In this document: one piece after another, positions 1-12,317 of the stretch
Layout of the letters: each line of letters starts with the position of its first letter
How positions within the stretch are numbered: the first letter of the stretch is position 1
From: Hydrolagus colliei
Taxonomy: Eukaryota
Length of the DNA: 64,000 nt
Reading direction: 5' to 3'
Assembly: GCA_035084275.1 (NCBI GenBank)
Contig: CM068769.1
Span: forward strand, 2,046,001-2,110,000
Translations under genes and position numbers: made by a program
The notes under the pieces: generated by a model
The model's input: only the letters and a program-made list of their open reading frames with translations
Told to the model about the DNA's origin: nothing
Databases searched by the model: none

Positions 1-188
1 TAAGGAGCTGGGCTGTGGAGCCGCGCTGTCAACGCCAAGAAGTGCTTACTTTGGGGAAGGCTCAGGTCCCATTGTGACGTATTATGTTGAGTGCAGGGGC
101 AGTGAGGCTGCTCTGAGGGATGGTCAGTCACGGACCTGGAGTCACTATTCCTGGTCACACTCCTATGATGTCAGTGTCATCTGCTCAG
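1..188 (+). pseudogene. SRCR exon (3' part) of a CD163/SCART/WC1-like gene
   Basis: Frame from base 2 reads KELGCGAALSTPRSAYFGEGSGPIVTYYVECRGSEAALRDGQSRTWSHYSWSHSYDVSVICS, then G|GT donor at 189. Group-B SRCR pattern, but two expected Cys read Gly and Trp. Confidence 0.85.
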
Positions 189-3149
189 GTAAATAATTAA
201 TTCTACGATCAATTTTCATTTCCCATGTTTTCGTTCAGATAGTTTGAGAAAATCTCGAAAAGATTGTTTACTAAATACGATGGTTTTAGAGTTCTTAAAA
301 TCCCTATTTTGCGGGAATTAGGTTGCCCCACCTACTATGGCCTCCACCGCTTCTGCGCACGCCAATCTCCACCGCGTTGATTCATTTCTTCTCCATTTTT
401 TCCAGCTCATCCGTTCAGAAACTGCACTCTTTGAATCAGTTAACTTTTAGAACGAAACTAAAAAGTCCCGAAGCATGCAGTATGTCACTAGGGTAGCGAT
501 CAGGATAAAGTTTCTTCCAAGATAAAAACTTCAGTCGCTCAGCCAGTCCTACTCCAACCCAATTGGTAGTCACGTGTCTTTGCTGACTTGCAAACACTCA
601 CATACACCCGGCTCAGGCTCTTCCTAATTGAGCACATTGTTGTCTCTCCTCTCCCTTCCCAGACGCTAAATACACAGCAGTCACTGTCTTTCCTCAAGTT
701 CTCAAATTCCGATTACACTTTAGGTATTTTAACTCCTCATGCTCTGAGACACCCAATACACAGCAGCCGATGTTTTTTCATCAATTTCGCAGCCACCATT
801 TTGTTGCATATTCTCTTTCTCCATATCCACTCAGAATCCCATTACGGAGAAGCTTGTGTCGGTACTCACATCCTGAAGCCCCCTTTACACAACAGTTGCT
901 CTCCCTCCCCAAATTCAGAAGTCTCCATCACACAACAGTTACATTCTCTCCTCAATTTCTCAAACCAAATTGTCCTATAGTAAAAAACAGTAGAAAACTC
1001 AACAGGTCAGGCAGCATCCGTGGAGAAAGGAAAGTGAGTCGACCCTTCTTCAGAACTGGGTCATGTTCGGAGGGAGAGGATTTTAAGGACAAGTTAGCGA
1101 GAGGGGAGACAGGACAATGAAGCTAATGGAGAAAAAGAAGACAGAAAATGAAACAAAGGACAAAACGTATCAGTTAATGGTTTAAAGAGTTAATAGCAAC
1201 GTGAAATTATAATTGGTGTGTTTGAATCAATCTGGGGAGAAGAGGTGTTAATATTGAAGAGCAGGCAATAGACCAGAAAGAAAAGGATTGTAACTTTTGT
1301 TTCTCCTCGCACTACCAGGACCCCAGTACACAGCAATTATTCTCCCTCCTTACTCTCTTGTACACCCATTGCATAGCAAGCAATGTTTCTCCTCAATTTT
1401 TCACAGCCTGTATCTCGGTAGATACTGTCAATCCTCGCTCGCTCAGACCCCATCAAACAGCAGGTGCTGTAACTCCTCTTGATCACATCCCAATATTTCA
1501 GAGCAGGTTTCCTAGACATCGATTCATAACCGATAATTGTTCCACCCTCTCGGGCCACACTAAAGACAAGACCATTTCAGACCCACCCCACGCAATCAGA
1601 CACACACTGCACAACAGATACTGCCCCTGTTCACCTTCTCAATTCTGTGCATTACACAGAAGGAAATGCTCATACCGAGGCTTCGGTTTTCAATCCTTGT
1701 TTGCATCCCGTAACTAAAACATACTGAAACAAGCAGTACAGTATATCCTATGCATGTTAATTACATTTTCGTCTAAGGTAACACTTCAATCTCTTCAATT
1801 GCCACACTCCTACCCCTTTATCTCAGGTAGCTATCGAAGTTCCCCTTCTACAACCCCACAAGGAAACCCACCACCGATTTGGGTTCATCCGCTGTTTGCA
1901 TGTGCTAGCAGTGATACATAATCACAGGTTGCTTTTTTGGTAAATCCAGTTTCGCCTTTTTCGAGTGAACTGGTGCACATAAGTAATTACGACCCAAATT
2001 ACACAACAGGCATTCTCTCTTAAACTCTGCAGGTATCTAAAGTAATGAATACTCTATATACCAATTGTCCCCATCCTGAGGGCAGGAAACTTGTTCGAGC
2101 CCACACTTTATTACGGAGAAGCGAGAGGCAGGACATGATTATTGAACAAGTATAGTCAGTTTGAACTATTTGTGATCGATTTTTGCGGTGCCACCTTCTC
2201 TTTCGCCCCTCTTTGTGTGTATATTGCAACAAATATACCGTTGGTCTGGCTCTCCATACTACGGGAAATGGTAATGTTCACTTGTGCGTGAAAAGGTGTT
2301 TTGCTTTCAATATACCAGTATCATTACTGTTTCTCCAATTTGGTACTCGTGTGTTTTTCCCTTTTACCTAAACATTTCTTCATCTTTTCTCTGGCTCGTC
2401 CGCTGTTCTGGGCCACAAATTTGTTAGTGATGTGTATCTGCTGCACAAGTATTGTCTCTCCTCACGCTTTGAGCTCCGCCTCCGCCGGCCATTATACAGC
2501 AAGTAATGTTTCTCGTCGCCTTCACTGATTGCATTACACAGAAGGTGCTGTCTCTACCCACGATCTCAGACCTCAATACTCAACATGTTCTGTCTGCGAG
2601 TAACCTCACAGCCCCCGCACCACCCCACACCCCCTCCCAATACACAGTCAATTCACTTTACATTCGATGTTGTGACGGGTTTCTAGACTTCATCAAACCT
2701 GAAATGGTTCAATATAAAAAAATTATTGGTATTATCTGCAGCAAATGCTGAACAATTTAGTTTTCTTACCGGAAAATATATGCAACACAGAAAAGCGTTT
2801 ACTGTCATATCACATAAAGCTTCCTCTTCTGACCCTCAAGTTCACTGGCTGTGCGTTTCACGGCTCCGTCCTCTGTATTTTCCCACTAACTTCTTGTTGA
2901 CATACACATTTTCTTCAACAAAAATAAAATGCAAAATCATTGAACTAATCATTCAATTCAGATAAGCGCGTTCAGACCTCAGCCCAACATGAAAGGCCAT
3001 GTACCAGGAGCAATCTCTGAGTTTGAAGTCACGATCATTCCATGAACTTTGCTGCCACAACCTATTGCTCGGAGAATCAGTCTTCATGAGCATTACATTC
3101 CACACATCGATGTGGCAAAACTGAGGCCACACTGATGAATTCCGAGGAG

Positions 3150-3665
3150 CATTTGTTGAGCTCTGCTTCTAAATTCACTCACAACCACGCTTGGCCCCAT
3201 CGCCTCTAGAGGATCCAAGTAAAGATTATCTCCTCACTTTCAAGGCCATTAACGTCGTTGCCCCCAAACCCACCCACCCACTCAGCTTTCTCATCTGATG
3301 TGCCACTACGAACCTTCCCGCACGCCCCCGTTTAGTGGGCTCCGGCTTGTTTCGTGTCTGTCACCCCAGCCGATCCGCCCTATCATCAGCGGAGGAACAT
3401 TCAGTCTCTGTGCCCCCACTCTCTGGAACTCCATTCCACAGTCCCTTCGCCTCGATCCCTCCCTCACCTCCTTGAAACCCGGTCTCAAGATAATCTTCCT
3501 GAAACGGAAGATGAGGACAACTTTCTCATTCCCCTTCTAAATCTCTCCCGCGCCTCCATTCTTGCTGCTCTCACTTGCTCGGGTCACGATCAGAATCTTC
3601 AATGCCTTGGGAAGTTCTCCGAACATGAACGGCGCTCTATAATTGCGATTTTGTTTCTTGTTGTT
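3150..3665 (+). mobile_element. L2-type LINE 3' fragment
   Basis: Matches the 3' part of the 13.8-14.9 kb element (GGRAFS..APTLWN.IP.SLR-type coding end, CT-rich 3'UTR, ...gcgctctataa...ttgttgtt tail). Confidence 0.75.
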
Positions 3666-3734
3666 GTTTTTTTTTTTAAATGTACATAATGTTGAAGTTA
3701 TTCTTGTTAGTGGTTAACTTTCTGTAAGTGTCAG

Positions 3735-3990
3735 GAAGTAAAAGAACCAGACTGGTGAATGGAGGCAACCGCTGTGCGGGAAGAGTAGAGCTATACACAA
3801 ACGACACCTGGGACACAATTTGTGGAGATATCCTGAACATGGAGATTGGAAAATATATTTGTAAATATTTGGCAAGTGGGTTTGCTCTACTGGTATCAGG
3901 TGATGCGCGATTTGGAGAAGGATCGGGGCCAGTTGTTGGTCGGCCAGAGTGTGGACACGAACGCGACGGTGGTATATTCTGTTCAGCTGC
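3735..3990 (+). pseudogene. Internally deleted SRCR exon
   Basis: Acceptor cag at 3732-3734. Reads SKRTRLVNGGNRCAGRVELYTNDTWDTICGD...FGEGSGPVVGRPECGHERDGGIFCS. About 30 residues are missing after GSGPV, and there is no GT after 'CS', so the end is approximate. Confidence 0.75.
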
Positions 3991-4794
3991 AGCCTTTACT
4001 AAAGTGTCAATTTATAAAGTATCAACACATGTAAAACGTTGCAAGAAATTTGGTTGTTTGTGTATTTTGTTTTTCATTTATTTTTCTAGCACTAACTGGT
4101 GAATTTCGGAATGAGTGATGGAACCAACCTACGAACAAAGCAACTCTTGATTCCATATAACTGGTCAGATATGCCTCTCAGTAACACACCTTACATAAAT
4201 AGCTCCTTCTGCCCATCTCTTGCGCTTCACATGGAGGGATTTGGGGCGTGTGGGGGGTGGGGTGGTGGGTGACAGGGAAACCAGTTACAATTGCATTTAT
4301 GACTGAGATGGTCTTTGTGAGCATCCTGGGTCAAATTAAAAAATAAAAGCAAAATTTAGACACAAAATATAAATCGTGTTTATACTTTGCGCTTATTACT
4401 AAAATATTCTCCCTCAATCTCTCATACCCCCGACCACCTCCACAACAACCCGACCCCCCACCCCCACTCTCCCCTTGCACACCTTGTACCTTAGAACGCT
4501 TCGGGATGCCCTTCTAAGTTTGGAGATGCAGTGTATTCGTTATTTGTATTGTTTTTAATTTGAGTAAAATATATTCAGATACATTGACATTGCGCTAAGT
4601 TGCCTGAGTCACCTGTCATGAATGTTTAGATAACTATCTGACGCTGCATTTCGCACTTTTGTTTCAGCTTTCTCCTGCTTACTGTCAGTAAATAATATTT
4701 TTGCTGTCAAACATTAATTGTTAGGCTATTTATTTGAATTATTATTATTGGTATTATAAGGATAATCCAAATTATTTTAATTATTCCACTGCAG

Positions 4795-5109
4795 AATATA
4801 ATTCACTGCAATTATTCGGTGGAAACAACAACTTTTCTGGCAGAGTTGAGTTGCAGCGGGATTATAAATCCGGAACCGTCTGTGATTATCAATGGGATTT
4901 ACAGAATGCTGATGTGGTCTGCAGGCATCTGGATTGTGGGTTTGCTTTATCAACTGGACCTGAAAGACAGTTTGTGAAAGCAACAGATCGTATATGGAAT
5001 ACTAACTTTAATTGCGTTGGCACCGAGTCGCAGTTGGTTTACTGTCCCATGTCATTCTTGGAAGCAATCAGCTGCACACACGAACATGATGTTATTGTTG
5101 TGCGCTCGG
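4795..5109 (+). pseudogene. SRCR exon
   Basis: AG acceptor at 4793-4794, GT donor at 5110. Reads YNSLQLFGGNNNFSGRVEL...VCDYQWDLQNADVVCRHLDCG...HDVIVVRS. First and last conserved Cys read Phe and Arg. Confidence 0.85.
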
Positions 5110-5782
5110 GTGAGTGAAATAATAATTATCATTGCTTTTGATCCAACGCCTTGTCATTTTCTTTCATCGTCTCAAAGCCCTTCAAAGAATATCCTGTAAA
5201 GTGTATTTCCAGAGGGTTTCGTGGGTGTCAAAACTTTCAATAACTATAAAACTGAGCAGAAAAGTAATCCTTGGCTTCCTTGGATTTTGGAAATGAACCA
5301 CATTACCCTGTCTCTGCAAACAATTATTTACAGTGCACAAAGACTCCCGAGATACAATAATTATGCCTCATTCCCACTTTGTAGACTGTGCTTGATGAGG
5401 AGTAGCTTCTGGTTTTAGGCTGTGATCAAAATACTCCAGTACTGTTCTAGCAATGATTAATTCCAATGTTGTACGATTGCTCACGTTTCTTTTTATCATA
5501 CATGCGGTTTTCCAATAGATGAGTTATATTGGGTTTATGGGACTTAGCAGCTTAAGTCTTTTACTGTTTGACGTTTTGGGATAGATTTGTGGACTGGTAA
5601 CACCACAAACTGTGAAGGATAATGTTACTTTCCACGTTGTAAACTAAATGTCTACATCATTATATCGGTCAGATTGCCACTTTTTTTAAATTGAACATTG
5701 GTAAAGAGGTAAACCTGAAATAGGTAATTCCTTCATCTCCGACAAGGTTTAATTGAGCAAATGTCTATTTAAATCATTGCAG

Positions 5783-6088
5783 GTGAACAGTGGCATTTAA
5801 GGTTAGAGGATGGAGGGAGCCGCTGTGATGGGAGAGTGGAGATCTTTCATGAAGGCACCTAGGGCAGGTTGCTGGATGATTCCTGGACCATGTTAGCTGC
5901 CGATGTCATCTGTCGACAGCTGAACTGTGGCTCTGTTGTTTCACTCTACAACTCCTCCCATTACGTGAAAGGCTCTGGAGCTGTGTGGATCAATACTGTT
6001 CATTGTGTGGGAAATGAAACGCGCATCTGGAACTGTCCAGTGTCTACAAACTCTCAAAACAGCCACGATATGGGTGTTAGTTGTTCAG
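5783..6088 (+). pseudogene. SRCR exon with in-frame stop
   Basis: Canonical AG/GT, phase 1-1. Reads [33 protein letters not shown]...GVSCS, with TAG at 5860-5862 replacing the conserved Trp. Confidence 0.9.
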
Positions 6089-6835
6089 GTGAGAGCATTT
6101 TATTGGTAAATAGAATCAACGACTGACAAGTTTAATACAACGTTGTAAAATACCTTACAAAATGCCTTCTTGCCGATGAGTGTCTACTTTCGCATCGAGG
6201 TACCAATGCGAAAAATACAACAACAAAATAATGTGAACTGCATTGAGTAAGAATTATTTTTGAGACGGTGTATATCATTGCAGTGCAAATGTTGCTTATC
6301 TGCACACATGTGCACACTGACCTTTTATTTTATCTTGGAAAAGAAACCAAACAGCTGTGGCAAAACTAATCAATTGGAAATACAAGTTATTTTATTGAGA
6401 TCCAGTCCTCAAGTGAGTGGAAATTTACTGATAATTTAAATTCCAAAGTTAGATTTAATTAGTAGCTGTTTGTTAGTCAAATAGTGAATCACATTTTTGT
6501 GGGTAATACTCCCTTCAACAATTTATTAAAATAATAATTTTGTATTCTCTCTGGAATTATTCGCACAACCATCAGCCATATTTCGTCCAGAAAATCTACA
6601 TTAAATATCAAGAGCATTTGAGCATGTTCTATTGTGAGAATGATGATGAGCAGTGCTCAAAGTTAGTGCCAGATGAAACAATTCAGAATTATTTGACTAC
6701 ATCAGATTGGGCAGCCAACTGATCATCAGCTGTGTCGATACATGCTCACCTCATCTTTCCTGCCTTGAGTTGACCACTACATTAAAGTAATGCATGTTAT
6801 CTTTGAAACTATACTTTGTTGTTGTTCAAATAAAG

Positions 6836-7147
6836 ATATTCAAATCAGGTTGATGGACGGTGGGAGTTCGTGTGCTGGGAGAGTGGAGATTTACTACAAT
6901 GGATCCTGGTGGACGGTGTGTGATGACTCCTGGGGATCAGTAGAGGCGGATGTTGTGTGTAAACAGCTGGGATGTGGAACAGCAGTCACTGTAACAGCCG
7001 CTGCTCCTTGCAGGTATGACTCTGAGCCAGTTTGGTTGGATGAGGTGAAATGTTCAGGAAATGAGTCAGCTCTGTGGGAATGTGCTTCGTTTCCAAGAGG
7101 GCAGCATGACTGTGACCACAAAGAAGATGTCACCATCTTGTGTACAG
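6836..7147 (+). pseudogene. SRCR exon (open, Cys pattern essentially intact)
   Basis: Reads DIQIRLMDGGSSCAGRVEIYYNGSWWTVCDDSW...DCDHKEDVTILCT, then G|GTAAG. An in-frame AG lies at 6834-6835; the position 6 nt upstream reads AA. Confidence 0.9.
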
Positions 7148-7400
7148 GTAAGAGATTGAATATCGTTTGTTGCATCATCACGATGTATTGATACGGTGTC
7201 TGTTTGGCGCTATCAATTCACAAGTTTAAAGGTTGATCTCCACACATGGGATACTCATTGTAAATGTCGATGAGCCGGGTATGCTGCCGCGGTGGTCACT
7301 ACCTGCTCAGATTAGAAGAAAGATGATGTTACCGCCCGAGAATCCAAATGAGTATCTACTGCCTCCTGTATTATTGAACTCTCTCACTGTTGCTTCTTAG

Positions 7401-7715
7401 GGCACATGCAGTTGCGGCTGGTGAATGGTCAATATTCCTGTGAGGAGAGAGTGGAAGTGTTTTACAATGGTACCTGGGGCGCCGTCTGCTTAGACTACAT
7501 GGGAAACAAAGCCGCTGAGGTCATCTGCAGACAGTTAGGTTGTGGCCAAGAAATAAGTGTCGATTATCGTGGTAACTTTGGGATAGGTTCTGGACCTATT
7601 TGGCTGGATGACATAGATTGCAACTCACATGATTACTTCCTGTGACAAAGTTCCTCAACACATTGTGGTGAACATGAATGTCTTCATTTGGAAGGTGTGT
7701 GTGTAATTTGTTCAG
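7401..7715 (+). pseudogene. SRCR exon with in-frame stop
   Basis: ttag acceptor at 7400, GTAAT donor at 7716. Reads HMQLRLVNGQYSCEERVEVFYNGTWGAVC...CNSHDYFL*QSSS...CVICS, with TGA at 7643-7645 replacing Trp. Confidence 0.9.
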
Positions 7716-7945
7716 GTAATAATACTTTGATGGAGTAAACATTTCTTGGATTCTAATTATTGTGAAGATATTTCATCATAAGCATTTCACTTATAAATGT
7801 ATGCTTAACGCAGGGAAAGCAACGAAAAAATCGGTCCATTCGAAACATTGCGAAGGACGCTCACAAGTTCAGGCCCATCATTTGGCAGGTAGTGAATTAA
7901 AAACGAAACAAATCAACAAAGCTTGCATTTCATGTGAATTCAACA

Positions 7946-8346
7946 AGAACAACAACAACAACAATTTACATTTATAGAGCGCCTTTCACGTCGGCAGGAC
8001 GTCCCAAGGCGCTGAACAAGAGGCGTGTGACCCGAGCTGCGAGGGGAGTGTTTGGGAAGAGGTGAAACACAAAGGGGAGGTAAAAGAGTTCGTGATGGAA
8101 CAAAAGGAACGATCGAAGAGGAAGTCTTCAAACCGGCCTTGAAAGAGGAAAGGGAAGAGGCGAATCGGAGGGATTGAGGGATGGCATTCCATAAGGTGGG
8201 AGCGGAGAAACTGAAGGCCCGGCCTCCGATGGTGGGGCGGTTCGGGCGGGGTGCTTGGAGCAGGCCAAGTCCTCTTGAACGGAGTGTCCGGGTGGGCGTG
8301 TAGGGGGAGAGTAGATCGGTTAGGTAGGATGGGGCAAGGCCCCATT
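7946..8346 (-). mobile_element. L2-type LINE 3' fragment
   Basis: Reads LAPSYLTDLLSPYTPTRTLRS...GGRAFSFSAPTLWNAIPQSLR, then a 3'UTR and (TTG)n tail. Near-identical to 13800-14230. Confidence 0.85.
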
Positions 8347-8572
8347 CACTCACATCTGTAGGACTACACAACATAATTCATTATCTACTACAAAGTGGTA
8401 ATAGTAATGTATAGGATATATGTATTTGACAGTAAGAAGGATCATAAGAATTTTATGTATGTGAGTAACTGAGACGTTTCGATACATTTAGAAGACCTGA
8501 AAGGTCCTATATCAAATGTAAGGTTTATTTTGTTAATTATTAACATGTGTGATTTGAATGTTTCCTATTCAG

Positions 8573-8884
8573 GACAGAATTTGTGGTTGGTTGGAGGAAG
8601 CACAGTTTGCTGTGGAAGAGTTGAGATATTCAGCAACAAGACGTGGGTGACGGTTTGCGACGACTCCTGGGAGATACGCGAGGGGAGTGTGGTGTGCAGA
8701 CAGCTGGGCTGCGGCTCCGCCGTGCGTGCTGTGGGACAGGTGGGGTTTGGACAAGGCGCTGGTCAGATATGGCCGCACCAGTTTCACTGTAGAGGAAGCG
8801 AATCCCTCCTGTGGAATTGTGTCTCTACAGCCCTGGGTAAAACTAACTACCGTCACAGAGAAGACGCCGGTGTGGTTTGTTCAG
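8573..8884 (+). pseudogene. Membrane-proximal SRCR exon
   Basis: Canonical AG/GT. Reads QNLWLVGGSTVCCGRVEIFSNKTWVTVCDDSW...HREDAGVVCS. Confidence 0.9.
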
Positions 8885-9005
8885 GTAGGGAAATCCTCTC
8901 CCAATAGTTTACTATTTTCATTGACAAATTCAGCTAACTTCTGGGATAAATTAAAGACAAAAATAGAATTACTACTGGATTAAAATTGACTGCGTTATTT
9001 TGCAG

Positions 9006-9047
9006 GTTCTGTACTTCGCGAAGCAACAAGCCGTCCCACACCTTTTG
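9006..9047 (+). pseudogene. 42-bp Ser/Thr/Pro stalk exon of the SRCR gene
   Basis: tgcag| ... |gtaatt, phase 1-1, reads SVLREATSRPTPF. Sits between the last SRCR exon and the TM exon. Confidence 0.65.
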
Positions 9048-9419
9048 GTAATTAACACAATTGATTGTCTTCTTGATAACATGTGCTGAATTGCCAAGAG
9101 ATTATTACTCCAATTTCCGTTTTGATACAATACAGTGAAAGCCATTTTATTTGTAGAATACCTTGGCAGAATTTACCTTTCAATTAGAACGAGGAGGCTG
9201 TTCAACTCAAGAAAATAGCTTCATATTCACATCTGTAAAGTTGTTGTTGGCATTCCGTTGATTATACTGTCTAATATGCCATGAACTGTAAAACACGTGG
9301 CCCGAGACAACATAGTGATAAGTGTTTGATTTAACAAATTATAAATAAGAATTCGAAATTGTGAGCACTAAATCTTATCCAACAAAAATAGACTAATGTT
9401 GTGTCTTTGATTTGCACAG

Positions 9420-9512
9420 CCCATCTGATCAACATCCCGGTGGTTACCTGTATCGTCCTTGTGTTCCTGTTTGCACTGGTAGTAGAGATGGATAGCAATT
9501 CTTCGGGATGAG
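9420..9512 (+). pseudogene. Transmembrane exon of the SRCR gene (shortened, ends in stop)
   Basis: cacag| ... |gtgag. Reads HLINIPVVTCIVLVFLFALVVEMDSNSSG*, with TGA at 9509-9511 just before the donor. Resembles the 'PVVxCI.L' TM start of CD163/WC1-family proteins. Confidence 0.75.
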
Positions 9513-10319
9513 GTGAGCGTGGAGTCTCTTTACATAGCGCTGAAGTTAACTTTGTATTTAACAATTCAGACAATTTCTTATGAACCTGATTGGTAACCCA
9601 CTCTTCCAATTGTATCGTTCATTAAGATAATACATTGATCTGTTGTTAGTATCTTGATTTAATTATGTTAGGTGCACGTGCATCTATAAAGATACACTGA
9701 GTGAAGATATAGACACTGTCGTAAAGATATAGTCAGCGAAAATTGAACTACAGTGGCGTAAGCGAATCAAGACACAAACATGCACAAATGTAAACTAGTC
9801 ACACTGACATACGTTATACTCGGGAGTACACATACATGGGTACCTACATACACGCAAGTTAGTAATCCTTACATTTGATATGTGCTTTTCACATGTTCTA
9901 AATGTAACAAAGCGCCTCAAAGCATATACTGTAAAGTGAATTTACTGTATATGAAGGTGAAATAGTACACATACACATCCTTGCAGTCGAAAAGTCATAC
10001 ATACAGATTTAATTAAGTACATACAAAAATATGGACAATGATAAAAAGATACACAAACAGGCCATAGTGATCATGAAACACATGTTTGTTCGAACTATTA
10101 AAACCCGCTTTACATAATCCAGATTTATTAATACCTAACTTTCAAGATGAATTGGGCAACGTCAGGATATTATTGTTGTGTGTGCATGTAAACTACCAAC
10201 AGAGGAAAAATATCCCTCCGTTCGTTTGTATTAAGCAATTTATGAAGAAATTGATGATTTGCAAATCAGAAGATCTCTTTGCCGGGATCCTTCGGTATGT
10301 ACATTATATTCATATTGGT

Positions 10320-10790
10320 TCTATCCCTCTCTCCCTCCCATCCTACCTCTAACTCCCCTCCTTACTCTCTCCCTCCGCTACTATAGCTCTCTCTACTTCT
10401 AACTCTCTCACCAACCTCTTACCTCTCTCCGTCCCCTCGTCACTCTCTCTCACTGCACTCCGAATTCTCCGGTTAACCTCTAAATCTTTCTCACCTACTA
10501 CCTCCCTACCTACGCCTCTACAAACTCTCTTTCCACCCTAAATGTCTCCCTCGACACCTAACTTTCTCCCTCCCCTCCCAACGCTCCCTCCCCTCCTACC
10601 TTTTCCTCCCCTCATAAATCCATGATTTCCCTGCTAACTCACTCCCTCCCATCTTAACTCTCGTACGTACCTCCCTCCTGTCCTGCACGTCTACCTTGCT
10701 CGGGTCCGTCTTGAATGTTCCGCGCCTTCGGACGTCCTCCCGACCTCAAAAGGGCTCGTAAATCTAATTTTGTTGTTGCTATTGTTGCTG
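10320..10790 (+). repeat. Degenerate L2 3'UTR with expanded CT-rich tract
   Basis: Pyrimidine-rich low-complexity run ending in an L2-like terminus (...cggacgtcctcccgacc...gggctcgtaaat...ttgttgttg). Confidence 0.55.
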
Positions 10791-11014
10791 TTGCAATGGA
10801 TTCATTCTGCGAAAAGTAGTCAAAATGAATAATCTATTTCGTGAAAAAATTGGCATGTCTCTCAATTTAAATGAAGATGAATTGCTTCTGCATATACCCA
10901 TCAAAAATAATTTTGGATTTATTGGTAGCTTTCCGTGTTCTGACATTGGAGTTGAATGATAATCTATCAACCTGTGCAACTTTATAACAATGGTTTTATT
11001 TTGCTCAGTTTCAG

Positions 11015-11113
11015 GATCCAGTGATGCTATCAAAAAAATGGAGTACTACACTGGGGACAGTGTGAATGGGTCTATTCAAGAACTTGAAAATGACAAAGTG
11101 TTTCTACCCATTG
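11015..11113 (+). pseudogene. Probable cytoplasmic exon of the SRCR gene
   Basis: Polypyrimidine tract plus cag at 11012-11014. Reads SSDAIKKMEYYTGDSVNGSIQELENDKVFLPI (acidic, Tyr-containing). No clear donor; end approximate. Confidence 0.4.
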
Positions 11114-12186
11114 GCGATAGCGAGAACATGAAGCAATTGCTTTACTTGATTCAGCCTCTGATCACTTCAACATTTCAAAGCGCATCCAAGCTTCATGGAT
11201 TATTATAGTGAACTGTAGTTACTGTTATTGTTGGCGAACTGGACAGGCAAATTACCAACACAATGTGCACAGTCATTAAGTAAAATCAAGCAGATTATCC
11301 GGGATGGAGGGGATTGAAGTAGAGGACATTGAGATAAACCCGATATTTAAAGTCGACTTGAGCAGTCAAACACTGCAATGGGTGCCAGTCAGATTGTGAG
11401 CTTACTGTCCCCGTTAGGGTTACACAATATGTCGTCATTACCCAAGACAGGGTATCAGGTGATAACAACAACAACAACAACTCCGATTGATATATTGGCC
11501 TCCACGTCAGACGGCGTCTCAGGTGATGTCATTATCAGGTGACGTCATAATCCTTACAGTCGCTGTGAAGATCACACTCATATCCTTCTGAGTTAGGGGC
11601 CGTAACACTTTCCATTAAACCAGGATGTGAACGTAAAACAAGTTTTAAACTGCAGTTAGTTATCCCAAGTAACATTCAATACCTTTCAGTACTTCTGCAG
11701 AAATAAAATACACTGATCACCATGGTGTCCGAATTTCCTTGCACATATTACATTGATATTTGGGAAAGATAGAGTAGCAGGGCTGTGTGTGGGAGAGTGC
11801 TTGCATTTGGTTTGAATTTGAGACAGCTCATTTAAAGAGCCAATACAAACGCAATGATCTCATCCTCTACTGTATTCTTCTAAGATTATAAAATATCTGC
11901 TTGATTCTACATTATTTAATCCTAATACGGTATTGTAACATATGATACTGTTTCCATCTTACATGTGTGTTTCGAATTCTGCTTGGATTGGTGGGGTGGA
12001 AGAAAATCACAAATATGCAACGGTTAGCTGTGCAGTCTGCATTTGTCACACATGCACATACATGATCAACCACACGCACAGACTAATAGATATTCACACA
12101 CAGGTACACCCGCCCCCCACACACACACATGGACTCTGAGATCAGTGCAATTACTAATGAAAGATGGTTGGCTCTGCATGTGGCAG

Positions 12187-12317
12187 ATCTCACACAGACA
12201 GTGCTGGTTCCTGACGACGTCACTCAGTGTAATTATGATGACGTTGACTGTGACCCTGACACCGAGCAGCTTTCAAATGGGAATCATAGGGAATCTACTC
12301 AGATATGCTCCGTCTGA
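12187..12317 (+). pseudogene. Probable terminal cytoplasmic exon with YDDV motif
   Basis: ggcag acceptor at 12185-12186. Reads LTQTVLVPDDVTQCNYDDVDCDPDTEQLS...CSV*. YDDV tyrosine motifs are characteristic of WC1/SCART tails. Confidence 0.6.
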
